A DNA stretch of 64,000 nucleotides, from assembly GCA_019057635.1 (NCBI GenBank), contig DXJL01000156.1, positions 1 to 64,000 of the forward strand. Reading direction: 5' to 3'. Under the pieces are notes generated by a model that was not told the origin of the DNA, did no database searches, and saw nothing but the letters and a program-made list of their open reading frames with translations. Source of the DNA: Candidatus Heimdallarchaeota archaeon (GTDB taxonomy: Archaea; Asgardarchaeota; Heimdallarchaeia; Hodarchaeales; Hodarchaeaceae). Positions 30,330-40,783 of this stretch are shown here, in pieces. Position 1 is the stretch's first letter; each line of letters begins with the position of its first letter. The translations under genes were made by a program, and so were the position numbers.

Positions 30330-32747
30330 ATGAATAATCCGATTGAAAACAAAAAAGACTCCAAAATAAGATCAGGTTCCGATAATTTTTTTGAGAATCA
30401 GATTATTTACTGTCCAGAAACAGACAATCTCGATAGTAGCTTATCTCAACTGAAGAACAAAAGTCCTAGATTGATTATTCATGATATTTCTCATAATTTC
30501 TATCCACCAAAAGTACAATTGATTCCTAATAGAAGATTCAAAGGGAAGCACAATTGGAAGTCCACTCTTATCTATCATGACGAAATTTCTCTGGACGAAT
30601 TTTTGAATCAAATAACTAATATTTTCAAGATTTCCCGTTCTGTACTGAAATTGGATGGATTTTTAGCTGTTAAGGTGAATGGTTCGATCAAATCGTTTAT
30701 AAAAAAAATTTTGGATACTATCTTTTATCAAGAAAATTTTATGAACGAGATTATATTAAATTCCCCAATACAAATTCACTATTCCAAGGAAAGTGCATAC
30801 TTTGAGAGGACTGATTATTTCTTATTATATAGCTCTTCAAATCCTCAAAAAATAAATCCTGTGTATGATGAAAAGGAAAGTGGAGGGTACTGGCACTCAT
30901 TTATGTCCAAAGGACAAGGATCTCCGAAAAATTTTCTTATAAATGGTAAGATGGTTCTATTAAATCCCCCTAGTGGAACTCATTGGAAATTGAAACAGGA
31001 GTCCATACTTGAACTTTGTAAGAAAGGACAGATTCGATTGAATAGGAGAGGGAATCCTGAATATTGGGTACCACCTAAAATCGGACAAATAATAGATACG
31101 AATTGGCTCGATCTAGATATCCTTACAATGAGCAAAGGAAAAGATCGAAGTTCATATTATATGCGGCTCTTCCAGGTGTTATTGACATCAAAGCAACTTG
31201 TTGTCATTATAAACCCTAGAGATGTTAAATCTTTAATAGAAGCCTCTAACTTTGATTTAAATTGGATATGTTTGGTTGAGGATAAAAAAACAGTTGATGT
31301 CCTGAAATCTGAACTTATACAGGAAAATCTGAATTATTCAGTAGGGGTTGCCCAGAATTCAAAAGTTTCACATCTCGATTTGTACAAGATACCCTTACTC
31401 GAAGAACAGATAGAGGAATTACCTTCGTACAATGAGAAAATTAGTAAATTAAAACCTGTTTCAATGTATTCAAATGATACTAATAAAGAGATTCAAGCCG
31501 AGAATGAATTAGGTAATATATTAATTCAGGGGGATTGTCTCCATGTTTTACGTTTACTTCAGACAGAATACCATCAGGCTATAAAACTAATTTATATTGA
31601 TCCTCCCTTCTATACTGGAACCAATGAATTGCTATATATCCCCGTTCAAAAAAGAGATAATTCAAATGTTATACAAAACAATAAATCAGACATTTCGATA
31701 AAAACGGTGGCTTATGAAAATGTATTTACGAGTAACACGCCAATAGAAGACTTTAAACTCTGGTTCAGAAAACGTATTATTCTAATGAGGTCGTTATTAC
31801 GTCCAGATGGTTTTATATTTGTAAGATTTGATTATCATTTTGGCCACTATGCGAGGGAAGTTTTGAATGATATTTTTGGCCAGGAAAATTTTGAGATTGA
31901 ATTTATTATCCGTCGTATGAAAAAGAATTTATCAGAAAAGCAGTTAAATCAACAGACCCACTTAATTGTGCATTCTGATTCGTTATTCGTTTATCGTGGG
32001 AGCAAACAGGCAAAGCTTAGGCATGAAATGATAAAAAAGAGGAGCAGAAAGGGCCAAGATGAAGCAGAAATTGAGTATTCCAATGATAATCTGTGGATTG
32101 ACATTGCTGGATACCAAAAAGTAAAAAGAACTTTATATCCAACAGAAAATTCTGAAGTCTTATTAAAACGCATTATTGAAATTAGTACTTCAAAAAGTGA
32201 TATTATTGCTGATTTTTTTGCTGGGTCAGGGACTACACTCGCTATGGCAGAACAACATAAACGGAAATGGTTGGGTATTGACATTGGAATGTTATCCATC
32301 AATGAAATACGGAAAAGATTATTGAAGATAGAGGGAAGGAAACCATTTGCTTTTCATGAATTAATACTGAAACCTAATAACCGTAAATCCGACAAAAATA
32401 GGAAATTTGGTTTTAATATAAACGTCAGCAAACATCCAGTTGCTCAAGGGACTGAAATAGTGTTAACATTAATAAATTTGCTGCACACCCCTCCATTGAG
32501 TAAATTACAACATTATTCATATTTAAACTTGATCGATTATTGGGAAATTGATTGGTATTATAATAAATCAATGGCAAATATAGGATGGTATTCTTATAGG
32601 CAAATAATAAGAAAGGAGGTAGAAAAGACCGTCGCAGTTTCCGCTTGTCATGAATATTCGCATTCTGGGGAATATAACATTTGGATAAATGTCATTGATA
32701 TCTTTGGAAATTCTCATCATAAGACAATCAAAATTGATTTACTATAA
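30330..32747 (+). CDS. Mod-like beta-class DNA methyltransferase with a degenerate N-terminal duplicate MTase domain
   Basis: The C half has LIQGDCL, IYIDPPF, YPT and DFFAGSGTT. The N half repeats the scaffold without the catalytic motifs. The C-terminal IDYW...VIDIFGN domain is present. Confidence 0.85.
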   Translation: MNNPIENKKDSKIRSGSDNFFENQIIYCPETDNLDSSLSQLKNKSPRLIIHDISHNFYPPKVQLIPNRRFKGKHNWKSTLIYHDEISLDEFLNQITNIFKISRSVLKLDGFLAVKVNGSIKSFIKKILDTIFYQENFMNEIILNSPIQIHYSKESAYFERTDYFLLYSSSNPQKINPVYDEKESGGYWHSFMSKGQGSPKNFLINGKMVLLNPPSGTHWKLKQESILELCKKGQIRLNRRGNPEYWVPPKIGQIIDTNWLDLDILTMSKGKDRSSYYMRLFQVLLTSKQLVVIINPRDVKSLIEASNFDLNWICLVEDKKTVDVLKSELIQENLNYSVGVAQNSKVSHLDLYKIPLLEEQIEELPSYNEKISKLKPVSMYSNDTNKEIQAENELGNILIQGDCLHVLRLLQTEYHQAIKLIYIDPPFYTGTNELLYIPVQKRDNSNVIQNNKSDISIKTVAYENVFTSNTPIEDFKLWFRKRIILMRSLLRPDGFIFVRFDYHFGHYAREVLNDIFGQENFEIEFIIRRMKKNLSEKQLNQQTHLIVHSDSLFVYRGSKQAKLRHEMIKKRSRKGQDEAEIEYSNDNLWIDIAGYQKVKRTLYPTENSEVLLKRIIEISTSKSDIIADFFAGSGTTLAMAEQHKRKWLGIDIGMLSINEIRKRLLKIEGRKPFAFHELILKPNNRKSDKNRKFGFNINVSKHPVAQGTEIVLTLINLLHTPPLSKLQHYSYLNLIDYWEIDWYYNKSMANIGWYSYRQIIRKEVEKTVAVSACHEYSHSGEYNIWINVIDIFGNSHHKTIKIDLL

Positions 32748-32843
32748 GCTAAATTAACAATAAAGATACACATAAGCAACCTAGATAGATATATGTATTT
32801 AAGAATTCAAATCATAAGTAAAAGACTTTTGTAGGTTAAAATT

Positions 32844-33263
32844 ATGACCGTTATGCATTCAGAAATTGAGTTACCTAGAACTTACGAAACAGATATAATA
32901 AACATTACTAATAAGGTGAAAACTGCCGTAAATCGATCTAAAATTAAGGAAGGAATTGTTTCTATTTTCAATGCAGGTTCTACTGGTGCAATCATCACTT
33001 TGGAGTTTGAACCAGGCCTCTTGAAAGATATTCCAGAGTTTCTTGAACGGATTATTCCTAAATCAATAACTTATCATCATGAACAAACGTGGCACGATAA
33101 TAATGGCCATAGTCATGTTCGTGCATCCCTAATGGGTCCATCTTTAACTGTGCCAATCCATGAAGGTAAATTAATTCATGGGACTTGGCAACAAATCGCT
33201 TTCCTTGAATTGGATGATAAACCTCGTGATAGGCATTTGATTGTAACAATAATTGGGGAATGA
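32844..33263 (+). CDS. YjbQ/UPF0047 family protein
   Basis: GSTGAI, NGHSHVRASL, GTWQQI. Confidence 0.92.
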   Translation: MTVMHSEIELPRTYETDIINITNKVKTAVNRSKIKEGIVSIFNAGSTGAIITLEFEPGLLKDIPEFLERIIPKSITYHHEQTWHDNNGHSHVRASLMGPSLTVPIHEGKLIHGTWQQIAFLELDDKPRDRHLIVTIIGE

Positions 33264-33383
33264 TCTATCAGCTTGAAAATTCTTAGTTAATCAACAGCCT
33301 TAAAAATATCCTAGATAACCACAATTAGGCAAGTAAAGGATTATTCGAGAAAACAAGAAAATCGTTTACGAGAATTTTTTGAA

Positions 33384-33839
33384 TTGAGATTAAGGATTGT
33401 TTATCGAGTGACTGTGTTTGAGGATGCTCATGGGTACTTAAATAGCTCTATTAGGGTTTACGTAAACGCAACCACTACACTTGATAAGTTATTTGCGGTT
33501 AAACTCGTGGTACTAAGCATGATCATCGCTGTTGATGCTTTGATGGAAGGTGTTGGCGCAAAATCAAATACTTCATTCCAAAGTCACTTTGAGGATTCCA
33601 ATTTCTTTTTACCACTGGCTGCATATGAACAACGTATCACAGAGTTGCAATTGCTTGAAGAACAAAATTCTCAAATCAAAGATTTATCATTAGCCATACG
33701 TTTACAACAATCCATTCACACGTTAAAGTTTGTATATGGCAAACATGGCTTTCGATCGCTGTTGTCCTTGAACATTAAAGATTTTATCAACAACGCCATG
33801 TTTTTTATTTTAGAAATAAAAGAATTGGTGGAGACATAA
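33384..33839 (+). CDS. Hypothetical protein (start uncertain)
   Basis: 151-codon ORF filling the gap; no recognised motif. Confidence 0.4.
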   Translation: MRLRIVYRVTVFEDAHGYLNSSIRVYVNATTTLDKLFAVKLVVLSMIIAVDALMEGVGAKSNTSFQSHFEDSNFFLPLAAYEQRITELQLLEEQNSQIKDLSLAIRLQQSIHTLKFVYGKHGFRSLLSLNIKDFINNAMFFILEIKELVET

Positions 33840-33870
33840 GCTTCACCTGTTGTGATCTAAACTGAAGAAT

Positions 33871-34869
33871 TTATGCGTTAGCTGATTTTCTTTTCTTGCG
33901 TACCCAAGCGGTGGGGTCTTGAATTATGACTGGTTTTGCAGCTGCCCCTCGTTTCACTTCAAATTTTTCCATCCCAAGCCCACGTGCAAGCTCTTTGAAG
34001 CGATTTCTGATAGTGACGGGAGTAGTTCTTGCTGGAATGGCAATTTGTTGCTGAGTACGACGCTCGCCAGTTTGAATGGATGCAATATAGATTGCTGCTG
34101 CTGCTAATGACATTGGTATTTTCCCTATGGTTAATTTTTTATCACGAGCTTCCACAAGGATATCAATAGCAATTTTACGAGTATACATTGTTAATCCGAG
34201 ATTTTCTCCAAGACGGTTAACCAGAGTTATCGGATCGGTAGTAGATTTGTTCATATTTACATTTTGGAGGAAGATTCGAATGCATCTACCTAATTCCTTA
34301 GAAGTTATATTAGCAACTTCAGAAGTATCTTTTAAAGTAATAGCGGTTCCTTTTTTACGACAAGCCAAATATATTGCCGCACTCATCATACCAATTACCG
34401 ATCGCCCTTTAATGAGATTTTTTTCGAGAGCTAATTTGTAGATATGGACAGCTGTTTCACATGTGTCATCAGATAAATTTAAATGCGATCTGATGCGTTT
34501 GAGTTCCATTAATGCGTTTTTTAAGTTCCGAGTAGTCCGATCTTGGATCCTTTCATCCATTACAGTTAAACGAGCGAATTTTGCTTGTGTTTCAGTGTTT
34601 AAGGATTTACCATAGGAATCCTTGGATTTTCCTCCAATAACGGTTCGTAACTCATTATTGTTTAACAAAGTCGAAGGTAATCCAACTCTGACTCTAGATT
34701 TTTCTTCTTGAGCATTATACGCTCGCCATTCAGGTTCATGGCTGAAAATCGCGCTATTAGCTACTAAACCACATTCTGCGCATATGATTTCACCACGTTG
34801 ATCGTCATAAACCATATCAGGACTCTTACATTCATTACAGCTCTCGTAAGCCAAATTAAAACTCTCCAA
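33871..34869 (-). CDS. tfb: Transcription initiation factor IIB
   Basis: Zn ribbon CNEC...CAECG, PEWRAY B-reader, two cyclin repeats, TIRNRFKEL. Confidence 0.95.
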   Translation of the reverse strand: MESFNLAYESCNECKSPDMVYDDQRGEIICAECGLVANSAIFSHEPEWRAYNAQEEKSRVRVGLPSTLLNNNELRTVIGGKSKDSYGKSLNTETQAKFARLTVMDERIQDRTTRNLKNALMELKRIRSHLNLSDDTCETAVHIYKLALEKNLIKGRSVIGMMSAAIYLACRKKGTAITLKDTSEVANITSKELGRCIRIFLQNVNMNKSTTDPITLVNRLGENLGLTMYTRKIAIDILVEARDKKLTIGKIPMSLAAAAIYIASIQTGERRTQQQIAIPARTTPVTIRNRFKELARGLGMEKFEVKRGAAAKPVIIQDPTAWVRKKRKSANA

Positions 34870-35306
34870 AGGTATTAATCGATACGAAGTAATTCATCTG
34901 TATCACAATTGTCGGTGAATCATTCACGAAAAATAGCTTATTAAAAGATACCTAGAGAGAATATCCTTAATATACATAAATAATGTGTTAATTATGTGTA
35001 TATATAAATGAAATGTGAAATCCCCCTCGCTAGCAAAAAGAGTAGATGTCGATCTCCACCCTTTATCGTCTATATATTGATATTGAGGTGCATCAACTGG
35101 TAAAATTGAAGACGGATGGATCTATTCTCAATTAATATCCTTGGAAGTCGAATTACGATCTTTTTGAAGAAACGAAATTACATACAAAAAAATTGTTGAA
35201 TTTAAATTGTCTGACCTGGTTTCAATAAACAGAAGAGGTAAAAATAACTTCTTCTCTTATTTCTTAATCAGAAGTTGAGATACTCAAAAGGAAATAGATG
35301 ATTTTC

Positions 35307-35744
35307 CTATATTTCATCGTCTAAACAGATATTACAATTTTCGTGGGTAATTCCATATTGTCGGTGATATTTACACAAAAATTTGCCGTTATCTATAAAT
35401 TTTAGAATTCGTTGGACTTCACGTGGGGCGTAGCTATCTTCCTCTGCAATTCGGCGTGCAGACTCAAGAATTTCAGTCGTTACTTCTGGCTCAAAGGTAA
35501 CTTTGTTCCCACGGGTATTTTTTTTCCCCTCTTTATCCTTATATTGTGAGATAGCTGGTTCTGTGAGTCTGAATTTTTTAGCAATTTCTGTTTGAGGCAT
35601 GTGATGTTCATTAATAAGCGTATTTGTTAACACGCGACGGATGGCGGGAAGAACGTACCATACAATTACCTCTTGGGGTTGTACGAGTTTTTTCAACCGT
35701 TTGGGCCCTGTTTTAATATTAGTTTTAGTACCGGACATATCCAT
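35307..35744 (-). CDS. Archaeal HTH transcriptional regulator with C-terminal Cys/His motif
   Basis: PQEVIVWYVLPAIR, QTEIA...LTEPAISQY, C..H......C..C. Confidence 0.8.
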   Translation of the reverse strand: MDMSGTKTNIKTGPKRLKKLVQPQEVIVWYVLPAIRRVLTNTLINEHHMPQTEIAKKFRLTEPAISQYKDKEGKKNTRGNKVTFEPEVTTEILESARRIAEEDSYAPREVQRILKFIDNGKFLCKYHRQYGITHENCNICLDDEI

Positions 35745-35911
35745 TCAAATCAAGAGGGATTTCCAAGAAAGATTAACAATCGTTATTCTGTGTTAGTCAA
35801 CTCAAGATCAGATTTAAAAACCTTTTTAGAAGAAGGCCGTCAGATATAGACTAAAAAAAGACAATACTTAAACAATGAACTGTAGAATCTCAAAATGTCA
35901 GAGATTCTTCT

Positions 35912-37267
35912 TTGAATGAATATTTGTCATCGGATGTGAGAATTTTACAACAAATGGAGTCAGAATTAATGGAACCAAGAGGGGAGTGTATTCTTATACT
36001 TCCATATCCGAATACAAAGAATGATCTGTTTCTAAATAATGAAATGCGACTACTAGTGAAGTCATCTAATTATAAAATTATGGAAGAGGTCCAATTACGG
36101 ATAAATAATCCCAAGTATCTATTTTCACCCAGTCAACTTGTCGATTTAAAATACAGGATTGGAGAGCAAGTAGATTCAATCATAATTGTAGGAGTGCATT
36201 TATCAGCGAAACAGCATATTAATCTGGAAGAAAAACTAGAATGTTTGATAATTGATAAATTTGAATTAGTTCTTGAGATTTTTGCACTCAGAGCCATGAT
36301 GGAAGAAGCTAAGATACAGATTCAATTAGCTCAGCTTAAATATGAAAGTCCTCGTCAAAGATTGAGGTTGATGAATCGTTTAAGCATAGGTGGGGCATGG
36401 CATACAGAACGTGCAGGCTTTCGAGGAACAGGAGAAAACCCGTTACATGAATTTGACGCAGGGACTAAAAAACGTGAGGCCCACCTAAAAGGAAAGCTTG
36501 CCACATTGAAGCAACAACGTGTAGAACGAAGATTGAATCGCAAGAGGTACCACCATGATAGTTTATATATGAGCATTGTTGGTTATACTTCTGCTGGAAA
36601 ATCAACTTTGTTAAATGCATTAACAAAAACCAATGAAGCAAGTGTTAGTTCTCGACTCTTTGAAACCCTAGATACCCGTATCAGAAGTTTTGTACTAGAT
36701 GATCTGAAAATCTTTGTTACAGATACTGTAGGATTCATAGAAGACTTGCCCACATTTTTAATTGATTCTTTTCGATCTACTCTTGAAGAAAGTTTAGCTG
36801 CAGATATAATATTGATAGTAATAGACGCTAGTGAATCATCGTTAGATTTAATTCTTCAAAAGTTAAACGTTACAATTAATACAATAAATGAGATCAACCC
36901 TCAAAATAATCGTGTGCTAGTCATCAATAAAATAGACTTATTAACAGAAAACGAACTTGAAACACGGGAAAATCTTCTAAAAAAACATTTTCCAGAATAT
37001 GAAATAGTTTGCATCTCAGCAAAGGAAAGAATTGAACCTTTAACAAGAGTAATTGAGAAATTTCGTCCTAAAAAGAGTTATTTAATTAAATACACACCCA
37101 GTTTTATTTTTCGATCCTTTTGTCATGAATTTGCTACCGTTGAAAAGGAAGTATTTGGCGATCACTGGTCAATGATCTTCTCCATTCGTAAGCCGACATA
37201 CGGTCTCGACTTTATAAAACGGAAAGCAGAGGCTCTTCAAGTTTCAATTGAAATCGAGGCTGCGTAG
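35912..37267 (+). CDS. hflX: GTPase HflX
   Basis: LEIFALRA..EAKIQIQLAQLKY, GYTSAGKST, LFETLDT, DTVGFI, NKID. Confidence 0.93.
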   Translation: MNEYLSSDVRILQQMESELMEPRGECILILPYPNTKNDLFLNNEMRLLVKSSNYKIMEEVQLRINNPKYLFSPSQLVDLKYRIGEQVDSIIIVGVHLSAKQHINLEEKLECLIIDKFELVLEIFALRAMMEEAKIQIQLAQLKYESPRQRLRLMNRLSIGGAWHTERAGFRGTGENPLHEFDAGTKKREAHLKGKLATLKQQRVERRLNRKRYHHDSLYMSIVGYTSAGKSTLLNALTKTNEASVSSRLFETLDTRIRSFVLDDLKIFVTDTVGFIEDLPTFLIDSFRSTLEESLAADIILIVIDASESSLDLILQKLNVTINTINEINPQNNRVLVINKIDLLTENELETRENLLKKHFPEYEIVCISAKERIEPLTRVIEKFRPKKSYLIKYTPSFIFRSFCHEFATVEKEVFGDHWSMIFSIRKPTYGLDFIKRKAEALQVSIEIEAA

Positions 37268-37271
37268 AAGT

Positions 37272-38465
37272 ATGAAGGATCGGTCTATAAGTGTAAATTT
37301 CTTTACTTCCATTTGGATACTAATTCTTGCTAGTTTTTTAATTCAACCTATATTCGTTTATACCTTGAGTACATCATATTATTGGAACCTGCAGGAAGTG
37401 GGTATACCGGATGCATGGATGTATTCCCAAGGATCTTCAGAGATTACAGTTGCTATAATTGATTCAGGCGTAGATTTTACTCACCCTGATTTACAAAACT
37501 CGAGGTGGGAGAATCCAGGAGAAATCCCAAATAATGGTTGGGACGATGATAAAAATGGATATATTGATGATTATGTGGGATGGGATTTTCAGGACAATGA
37601 TAATAATCCATCACCTCCTCTTCCCCCTGTGATCGGGAGTAAGCATGGAACGTTTATCGCAGGTTTAATAGCCGCAGATGATGATGATGATATCTTTGTA
37701 GGTGTTGCTCCTTCTGTCAAGATTATGTCGTTACGTTTTTTTCGTCCTGATCTTAGCTTTTTTGTATCAGATTGGCCAAAATTAGTAGGTGCTATTAATT
37801 ATGCAGTTGAACAAGGAGCATTAATCATTAATCTATCCCTACAAGCAAATGGGATCCCTCCAAATGAAGTTTATGAGGCTATCCAGAATGCATACCGAGC
37901 AGGGGTTATCATCGTAGGTGTAACAGGTAATAATAAAGATTATGTGACTTATCCAGGTAATTATAGTGAGGTAATCGCTGTTTCAGCAACAACAAGCTCC
38001 CAAGTCATTGCTGATTTTTCTGCTCCTGGGTCGCAAAATGAGATTTGTGCACCAGGAGATGACGTATATTCAATTACTGGATATAACTCATCCGTTGTTC
38101 TTGGTTCTGGAACTTCTTATGCTACTCCTCTAGTTTCGGGGTCAGTTGCTTTAATATTATCCTTAAATCCTTTATTAACAACGGAAGAAATACGAATGAT
38201 TTTACATGAATCGTGTGTTGATTTAGGAGAAGAAGGAAAAGATCTTGTATATGGCTATGGTTTATTAAATATTACTTCTGCATTAGAACGAGTTGTAACA
38301 GATTTCAATACTTCATCTGTCACTGTTAGTTCAACTAGTTCTTCAACTAATTCTTCTCCATTCAACAAAATGGAATCCGATTTAGTTGTATTAGGTATTG
38401 CATATGCTCTTTTATTGAGCATTGTCATACTTCTTGTTATTAAGAAAGAAATAATCAAATCGTGA
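37272..38465 (+). CDS. Membrane-anchored S8 (subtilisin-like) serine protease
   Basis: Catalytic triad IIDSG / HGT / GTSYATP, signal peptide, Ser/Thr linker, C-terminal TM. Start moved to ATG 37272. Confidence 0.92.
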   Translation: MKDRSISVNFFTSIWILILASFLIQPIFVYTLSTSYYWNLQEVGIPDAWMYSQGSSEITVAIIDSGVDFTHPDLQNSRWENPGEIPNNGWDDDKNGYIDDYVGWDFQDNDNNPSPPLPPVIGSKHGTFIAGLIAADDDDDIFVGVAPSVKIMSLRFFRPDLSFFVSDWPKLVGAINYAVEQGALIINLSLQANGIPPNEVYEAIQNAYRAGVIIVGVTGNNKDYVTYPGNYSEVIAVSATTSSQVIADFSAPGSQNEICAPGDDVYSITGYNSSVVLGSGTSYATPLVSGSVALILSLNPLLTTEEIRMILHESCVDLGEEGKDLVYGYGLLNITSALERVVTDFNTSSVTVSSTSSSTNSSPFNKMESDLVVLGIAYALLLSIVILLVIKKEIIKS

Positions 38466-38479
38466 AATTACATACCTGC

Positions 38480-39652
38480 TTATTTTTTACCACATTTAAC
38501 TTTGGTGATTAGATCTGCAACCTCTAAAAGATCAGATGTGAGTGGTACAAGCTTCTTCTGAGCTCCTTCAGTTAATGCGACTGATCCTATCTCAGTTCCG
38601 TTAAGGCATGCCATTTGTCCAAAGTTGTTTTCGATTACAAGTTTTACTGCTTGTACTCCTAATCGAAGTCCCAAAATTCTGTCAAAGGAATTAGGAGTTC
38701 CAGCTCGCATTGTGTGGCCAAGAGTAACCTCACGAATATCATACTCCGCATCTTTTCTTATGAAGTATTCCCGAAGTTCATTTTGATTGTTTAATTCCCT
38801 TACAAGGATTTTAGACATATTTAATTTTGCGAGTAGCGGGTTTCCAAAGTCATCCTTTGGTAATTCATCAATATCTTGGGGTGAAATTGTTGTAAAATCA
38901 CGTTCTAAAGATTCTTTTGTTGGAATAGCACCTTCACTGCAAGCAATAATGTGATATTTACGTCCAGAGTCAACACGATCTTTCAAAATCTTAATAATAT
39001 CATTTTGTAAATCAAATGGTTTCTCTGGAATTAATATGATATCTGTACCAGCAGAAATTCCGCTCACTAATGTTAACCACCCTGCATCACGGCCCATTAC
39101 TTCAACAATGAATATTCGTTGATGTGAGCGAGCTGTAGTCGTAATGTTGTCCATTGTGTTAGAAGCAAGTTGAATTGCAGACCAGAAACCGAATGTATAG
39201 TCAGTACTGGATAGGTCATTGTCAATCGTTTTTGGAACACCAATAACGTTTGCTCCAGCAAACTTATACATAGCTGCAGCAACTCCTAACGTGTCATCCC
39301 CGCCAATTGTAATGAGTGCGTCAAGTTTTAATTTTTTAACTTGAGAAGCCATCATTTCTGCTGTGTTTTTAATAGCCTTTTCTCGTTCAATGGGATTCTG
39401 AATATTTTTGCTCTTTTTGTACGGATTAGTGCGGGATGTGTAAATCAATGTGCCTCCAACAGTGTGCAGATCATCGAGAGTTGAAACATCTAATTCTCGC
39501 GTACGATTCTCTAAAAACCCCTTCCATCCCTTCTCAATACCAATAACGTTGTAACCAGCATCTGCAGCCTTTAAAAGGATACCATAAATCACACTGTTCA
39601 ATCCTGGACAATCTCCTCCACCAGTTAAAATACCTATAGTTTTTGACATCAT
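38480..39652 (-). CDS. PfkA-family 6-phosphofructokinase, probably PPi-dependent
   Basis: TGGGDCPGLN, GGDDT, PKTIDND, EVMGRDAGW. Confidence 0.92.
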   Translation of the reverse strand: MMSKTIGILTGGGDCPGLNSVIYGILLKAADAGYNVIGIEKGWKGFLENRTRELDVSTLDDLHTVGGTLIYTSRTNPYKKSKNIQNPIEREKAIKNTAEMMASQVKKLKLDALITIGGDDTLGVAAAMYKFAGANVIGVPKTIDNDLSSTDYTFGFWSAIQLASNTMDNITTTARSHQRIFIVEVMGRDAGWLTLVSGISAGTDIILIPEKPFDLQNDIIKILKDRVDSGRKYHIIACSEGAIPTKESLERDFTTISPQDIDELPKDDFGNPLLAKLNMSKILVRELNNQNELREYFIRKDAEYDIREVTLGHTMRAGTPNSFDRILGLRLGVQAVKLVIENNFGQMACLNGTEIGSVALTEGAQKKLVPLTSDLLEVADLITKVKCGKK

Positions 39653-39783
39653 ACATCGATCCGCTGAGTACCTTCAACAGGATATGTAGATTTACCGTGC
39701 TGAAATTAATACTTCTCTCTACCATTACTGGTACTGGAAATTACAATTGAAAGAAAAAAAGGAGAAAGGGAGGTTTATTCCAC

Positions 39784-40614
39784 TTATCGTAGTTTCCCAT
39801 AACAATGTGGGCAAAAAAACGCGTTATTGGGTACTTGTTTTCCACAGAACTTACACCCAGCTTGGGCCCCTCCTTTAGGTACCGCCTTTTTCACAACAGT
39901 TCTTTTTTGTGTAGGTTGACCTTTTGTAGAGGAAATAGCCATCTTTGGTCGCTTCTTGTTTGTACTAGGTTTAGCTCCACCTGATCCACCACTCCATTGG
40001 AGTGTAGGTTCCCACTCACCTGCGGGAGCAGCTCTTTTTCTTTTAACTTTTGGTGCCTTGCCTTGTCTTAAACCAACCACGGTCACAATAACGCCACTTA
40101 AAGCAAGTAATACTGGCGTAAGAATCCCTAAAAATTGAACAATCACAACTCGGCGTGTAAAAATCCTAATTGGCGATGATCCTGTATTTGATACCCTGAT
40201 AAATACGTTTGCCTCCTCTCCTTGTGAAAGAGGATCAAAAAATGATAGAGAAATTTGTTTACTTGACGTTCCTTCTGGTTTATCATAACTTCTTGTGGTA
40301 CCAGCAAGAGATGCACCAGTCGGGAAACTATTAGTCTTGAATATAAGTGAAAATTCACAAGAGTAAGCAGCATCAGCGGAAAAGATGAAAATAACCTTTA
40401 AATTTAACATTAACGGCGATGCAGGTATCCTCCCGACTTCTACTTCACCTGCAAGGTTACCAGCAGATATTGTCACTTCGTTAGTTAAATCCGATGTTCT
40501 TCCCCCAAAAGGTGGAAAAACAATCCACGCAACATTAAATAATGAAAAGACTATAACTCCGATGATTACTAATCCAATTCCCAGAACACTTAATTTCGAC
40601 GCCATTTTTACCAC
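39784..40614 (-). CDS. Two-TM membrane protein with basic linker and C-terminal zinc ribbon
   Basis: N- and C-proximal TM helices; terminal CKFCG...FCPHCY. Confidence 0.7.
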   Translation of the reverse strand: MVKMASKLSVLGIGLVIIGVIVFSLFNVAWIVFPPFGGRTSDLTNEVTISAGNLAGEVEVGRIPASPLMLNLKVIFIFSADAAYSCEFSLIFKTNSFPTGASLAGTTRSYDKPEGTSSKQISLSFFDPLSQGEEANVFIRVSNTGSSPIRIFTRRVVIVQFLGILTPVLLALSGVIVTVVGLRQGKAPKVKRKRAAPAGEWEPTLQWSGGSGGAKPSTNKKRPKMAISSTKGQPTQKRTVVKKAVPKGGAQAGCKFCGKQVPNNAFFCPHCYGKLR

Positions 40615-40783
40615 TCAAACATCGTTAAATCCGTGTATTTTTTTGACTTAAATACTTACTATTGGAATTTTACTTGGAGGTTAAATAAATATTTCGAATT
40701 TCACAAGTAATTTCCTCCTGAAATCGAAAGGCATAAATGATTCAAAAATGAAAATCTTTCAATAATCTTGATGAGGTTTTGCT

